Made by a program: the position numbers and the translations under genes. This document shows positions 60,531-64,000 of a DNA stretch of 64,000 nucleotides, in pieces. The notes beneath the pieces were generated by a model. It was given only the letters and a program-made list of their open reading frames with translations. It was not told the origin of the DNA and searched no databases. The stretch covers positions 992,001 to 1,056,000 of the forward strand of contig JBHGNT010000007.1 of NCBI GenBank assembly GCA_043228905.1. The letters are read 5' to 3'. The stretch's first letter is position 1. Every line of letters starts with the position of its first letter. The stretch is from Azolla caroliniana. Its lineage: Eukaryota; Plantae; Polypodiophyta.

Positions 60531-62159
60531 CTTATTCTCTTTATGCCCTTTTTGTTTTTTTATACAAGAAACTTCCTCAATGTCAGCATCACATGAATCG
60601 GAACTTCTCTTTTTTTGTATTTGTCTCGAACAGTTTGACCTTTTCATAAGATTGTCAAAGGCTTTTCTAGCCTGAGCGGCTTCTTTTGCACTAACCTCCT
60701 CTTTCTTTACCTTTTTCTGGCCCTTCCTTTTAGCCTCTAATGGTTTATTTGCTTTAGGTATGGTGGCTTCCGTTTGTTCCTTCTGGCCTTGTTGGGTTGC
60801 ATGCCCTCCAAACATGTTTATTTCCTTATTTTCTTTTCTGTTATCATGGACAAATGTTTCACTAGCCTTTTTTCCATTTCTACTCGATTGAGAACCATCT
60901 TCCTTCTTAAAAGGTTGAGGTTCACCTTCATTTCTCTTCAATTCCGATGGTAGTGTATGGGTCTCTCCCTTGTTAATATTACTCTCACTTTCTACATTAC
61001 TTGTTTGGCTATGAACGTTTCCTTGGTTTTGAAACTCAGTTGTAGTTTCCATTTGTTCTTTCTGGCCTTGTTGGGCCGTATGCCCTCCGAACATATTTGT
61101 TTCCTTATTTTCCTTTCTGTTATCATGCACAAATGTTTCACTAGCCTTCTTTGCGCTTCTACTCAATCGAGAACTATCTTCCTTCTTAAAATGTTGATTT
61201 CCACCTTCATTTCTCTTCAATTCCGATGGTAGTATAGGGGTCCCTCCCTTGTTAATGTTACTCTTCCTTTCTACATTACTTGTTTGGCTATGAACTTCTC
61301 CTTGGTTTTGAAACTCGGTTGTACCTGGCTGAGGATAGACTTTAGGTGGTTTTGGCCAAACAACTGATCCTTTAATCGAGCCAATCTCTCTCGAAACGAA
61401 ATGTCTATAGCACATAGGGCAACACATGTCTTTATTGATGTGGATCCTCTCATACTCAAGCTGCATCCTACAATATGGGCATACCGTCCAAAATGTTCCG
61501 ATGCTTGAAGCATGAGGAGGCATCATTGGAGGTTGCCAATTAGCATGATTTTGACCCGGACCATAGGCTTGACCTTGACCATTAGCATAGCCTTGTCCTT
61601 GACCAAATTCTTGCCCTTGTTGTTCACCATAGCCTTGTCCTTGACCACGTCCTTGACTATAGCCGTGAGCATTACTTCGACCATGAGAATCTTGACCTTG
61701 ACATGGGGTGGTAGTCCTTCGCTTACTTCTTTGAGAATTGACTGAAATGTTTCGCATTGCCACATTGCATTTTGCATCATATGTGGCCTTTTTCACCTTA
61801 TCAGAAAGAATATTCCAACCCTCTGATATGTACTTAAAAGCCGCCTCAGCACCAAAAGTCTTGTTTTTGTCAGGGTGCAAGAGAAGTGCGAGCTTTCTAT
61901 ATTGCTTTTTTATGGAATTTTCATCAGCATTCAGGTCTACTTGTAAAACAGAGTACCAGTTTATATCACCTGATCGATGCTTCTCATGAACCGCCATGTG
62001 CACATCTACTATGCATAACAGATGGTTTAAACCGTGTAGTTCGGGATAAAGCTTTTTCGCTTTTAACGCAAATTTCCTTGCACTTATTACATCTTGTTTC
62101 TCCAGCATAGATTCAGCTATGATCTTCGATCTCTCAGCTTCCCCTTTGTTACAATCCAT
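60525..62159 (-). CDS. J-domain (DnaJ) protein with zinc beta-ribbon, DnaJ-DUF3444 family, C-terminally truncated (544 aa)
   Basis: MDCNKGEAERSK N-terminus; J domain WYSVLQV..YRKLALLLHPDKNK..AEAAFK; TFWTVCPYC..CPMCYRHF; GQGQGY repeats. Intronless ORF. Confidence 0.93.
   Translation of the reverse strand: MDCNKGEAERSKIIAESMLEKQDVISARKFALKAKKLYPELHGLNHLLCIVDVHMAVHEKHRSGDINWYSVLQVDLNADENSIKKQYRKLALLLHPDKNKTFGAEAAFKYISEGWNILSDKVKKATYDAKCNVAMRNISVNSQRSKRRTTTPCQGQDSHGRSNAHGYSQGRGQGQGYGEQQGQEFGQGQGYANGQGQAYGPGQNHANWQPPMMPPHASSIGTFWTVCPYCRMQLEYERIHINKDMCCPMCYRHFVSREIGSIKGSVVWPKPPKVYPQPGTTEFQNQGEVHSQTSNVERKSNINKGGTPILPSELKRNEGGNQHFKKEDSSRLSRSAKKASETFVHDNRKENKETNMFGGHTAQQGQKEQMETTTEFQNQGNVHSQTSNVESESNINKGETHTLPSELKRNEGEPQPFKKEDGSQSSRNGKKASETFVHDNRKENKEINMFGGHATQQGQKEQTEATIPKANKPLEAKRKGQKKVKKEEVSAKEAAQARKAFDNLMKRSNCSRQIQKKRSSDSCDADIEEVSCIKKQKGHKENKV
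60766..61323. repeat. in-frame 279-bp (93-aa) tandem duplication within the J-protein
   Basis: cttggttttgaaactc at 61022 and 61301. The peptide TTEFQNQG..QQGQKEQ occurs twice. Confidence 0.93.
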
Positions 62160-63059
62160 GGCTTTCTATTTATTCCTTATTACTCCTGATCATGCATGAG
62201 TCGAGGCATCTCAGGGGGGACGTTTGGAAACCCTAATTTCCATCAGAGTGGCAAATTCGTACGACAAGAAAACAAAACCCTAGGAAAGAAATGATATACT
62301 ATTATGAGATCATGCTATAAAAATAAAAACAGAGGAGAGAGAATTTGTTACCTTGGGATAGAGAAGGCTGGGTCTTGTAGATGGAGAATGAGCAGAGGTC
62401 AAGATGATGGAAAGCCCAAACCCTATTTTTGGATTTTGGGTTTTCCCTCCAAATGGCAGAGAGGAGGAGGGAAAAGCAAAGACAGAGAAAGCAAAAGAGA
62501 GTGAGAATGGAGATACATACATACATAGAAAAGAAAGAGGGCTCTAGAGACTCTCATGTTTGTCATGTTTGTCACATGTATTCATAAGTTTCTTCTTCGT
62601 CGTCCGAGTGCCCGCTTACATACATCTAGATGTCGGGAACACCATTCAAGCACTCCCGTGGATACGACACTTTCCAAACTTTCACTCCTTTTGACAAACT
62701 CTTTTCTTGCTTTGATATCCAAGAAAAACATGTGTCATACGAAGCAAATGTAAGCGCAAGCTTGTGGGAAATCGGCTGTTATCCTAGACCTTGACACAAT
62801 AGGGATGCGTGTTGCAATGTAAACCACCTAAAACAAGCACAAACCACCTATGTTGTGGAGATGGAAGCCACATAGGACCGGTTTGCAGGTGGAAAATCTT
62901 CTGCAAGAATGTGGTCAAGCGCATAATGCATGCCTGAGACGGGATTATGATAAGCAATTGGACATGAAGGAGAGCTTTGAGATTCTAGCGTTTTTTTCTA
63001 TTCGAGGAAGAAAGCAAAATCCTAAATGCGGAGATCAAAAGATTAAAGGAATGCTCGTT

Positions 63060-64000
63060 CATTTGTAAGCTACTTGGTGGTAGGCCCAATAGAGGTATGG
63101 TTCATGACATGTTGCAAGTACGTTTGATGGATAGGGTCCCATAGATAAAGAATGTGGATAATATGGGACAAAATTTCTTTCACATTGAAGTGGTTGAGTG
63201 GGGTGATGTATCATAGATTATTGATATGAAATTTGTAGAGCTCAAATATGGAAGAGCTCTTTTGTTGGAGTGGCATGCTAACTTCAATGTTATGGAAGAA
63301 GCCAGGAAAATTGGTAATCCCAGGGTGATATCTATGGTATTTCCAAATATTCCGAGGCAGTTATACCCCTTGATGCAAAAGATTGGCACAGTCTGTCCTT
63401 CAAAGGAAACCATGGTAGACAAAATCAGGGACTTCCCTACGATTAGGGTTCTTGTGCAAAGTTTTTCTACAATCCCCACTATAATCCAGGTGCATGATGT
63501 GGAGGTAGGACTGATAGATGTGGAAGCGAAATATGAGGGCCTACTTGGCCAATGTTTCTATTGTAAAAAAAAGGGTCACATTACTAAGGAATGCCCAAGG
63601 AAGATCAATAGAAACGTAAGGGGGGAGAAGGTTAAGGGGCCGATTGTAGCAAGAAGGAAACATGGCTACGCCGCATTTAGGTTTGAGAAATACTTTTGAG
63701 GTGTTGAAGGAAGAGGACCCATTACATGATCGAAGGACTAATAATGTTGAAGAAGTGGTAGTGTGCACACCCAATGTCTTGCTAAAGTGGAAGTATTGGA
63801 TTAAGAGCAGTGAAAGAATGGTTACACAATGGAAGGTGTCAAGAAATCTCACCCATCACTTCCGAAATCCAAAAGCTACAAGAGTGGAGACAAGGAAGTA
63901 TGGAAGCAGATGTCGGAAAAGGAGAAGTTTGGCAAGGGGTGCAGATTTAGCCAGCACGCTCTCACGAGATTGACTTATTTGTGTCATGAGGAAGCCCTAG
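63060..64000 (+). mobile_element. LINE (L1-like) ORF1 remnant, running off the window
   Basis: Typical plant LINE ORF1 end, ..KYEGLLGQCFYCKKKGHITKECP (CCHC knuckle). Stops and frameshifts present. Confidence 0.72.

Overview
AT-rich nuclear DNA from a land plant. The PLS-type PPR gene, (AG)n-rich LTRs and retroelement types suggest a seed-free plant such as a fern; this is inference. Host genes are: the 3' end of a PLS/E-class PPR gene (<3-437); a microsatellite-rich secreted small-peptide precursor (12368-12763); a tandem pair of genes for a secreted protein that looks like a lipocalin barrel split by a ~220-aa helical insert (copy 1 intact at 14118-15711, copy 2 a pseudogene at 18636-20262); an AT-hook/MNM1-like gene (55897-56490); and a J-domain/Zn-ribbon gene whose DUF3444-like domain is decaying behind its stop codon (59992-62159). 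Bases 25.3-49.0 kb are a retrotransposon pile with mostly resolvable junctions. It contains a copia fragment (A), copia B holding copia C holding a very young non-coding LTR element (D), a solo LTR and an LTR-like insert, and a near-intact GC-rich Ty3/gypsy element (E). Element E has an exact tRNA-Trp PBS, a 4-bp TSD, and a -1 frameshift signal (G_GAU_UUU plus a pseudoknot) between gag-pro and pol. The most notable observations are the split-lipocalin genes and a hairpin derived from their promoter, the frameshift cassette, a PPT-in-hairpin structure shared by two copia elements, and the orphan peptide precursor. All homology calls come from motif recognition by eye; no database search was run.
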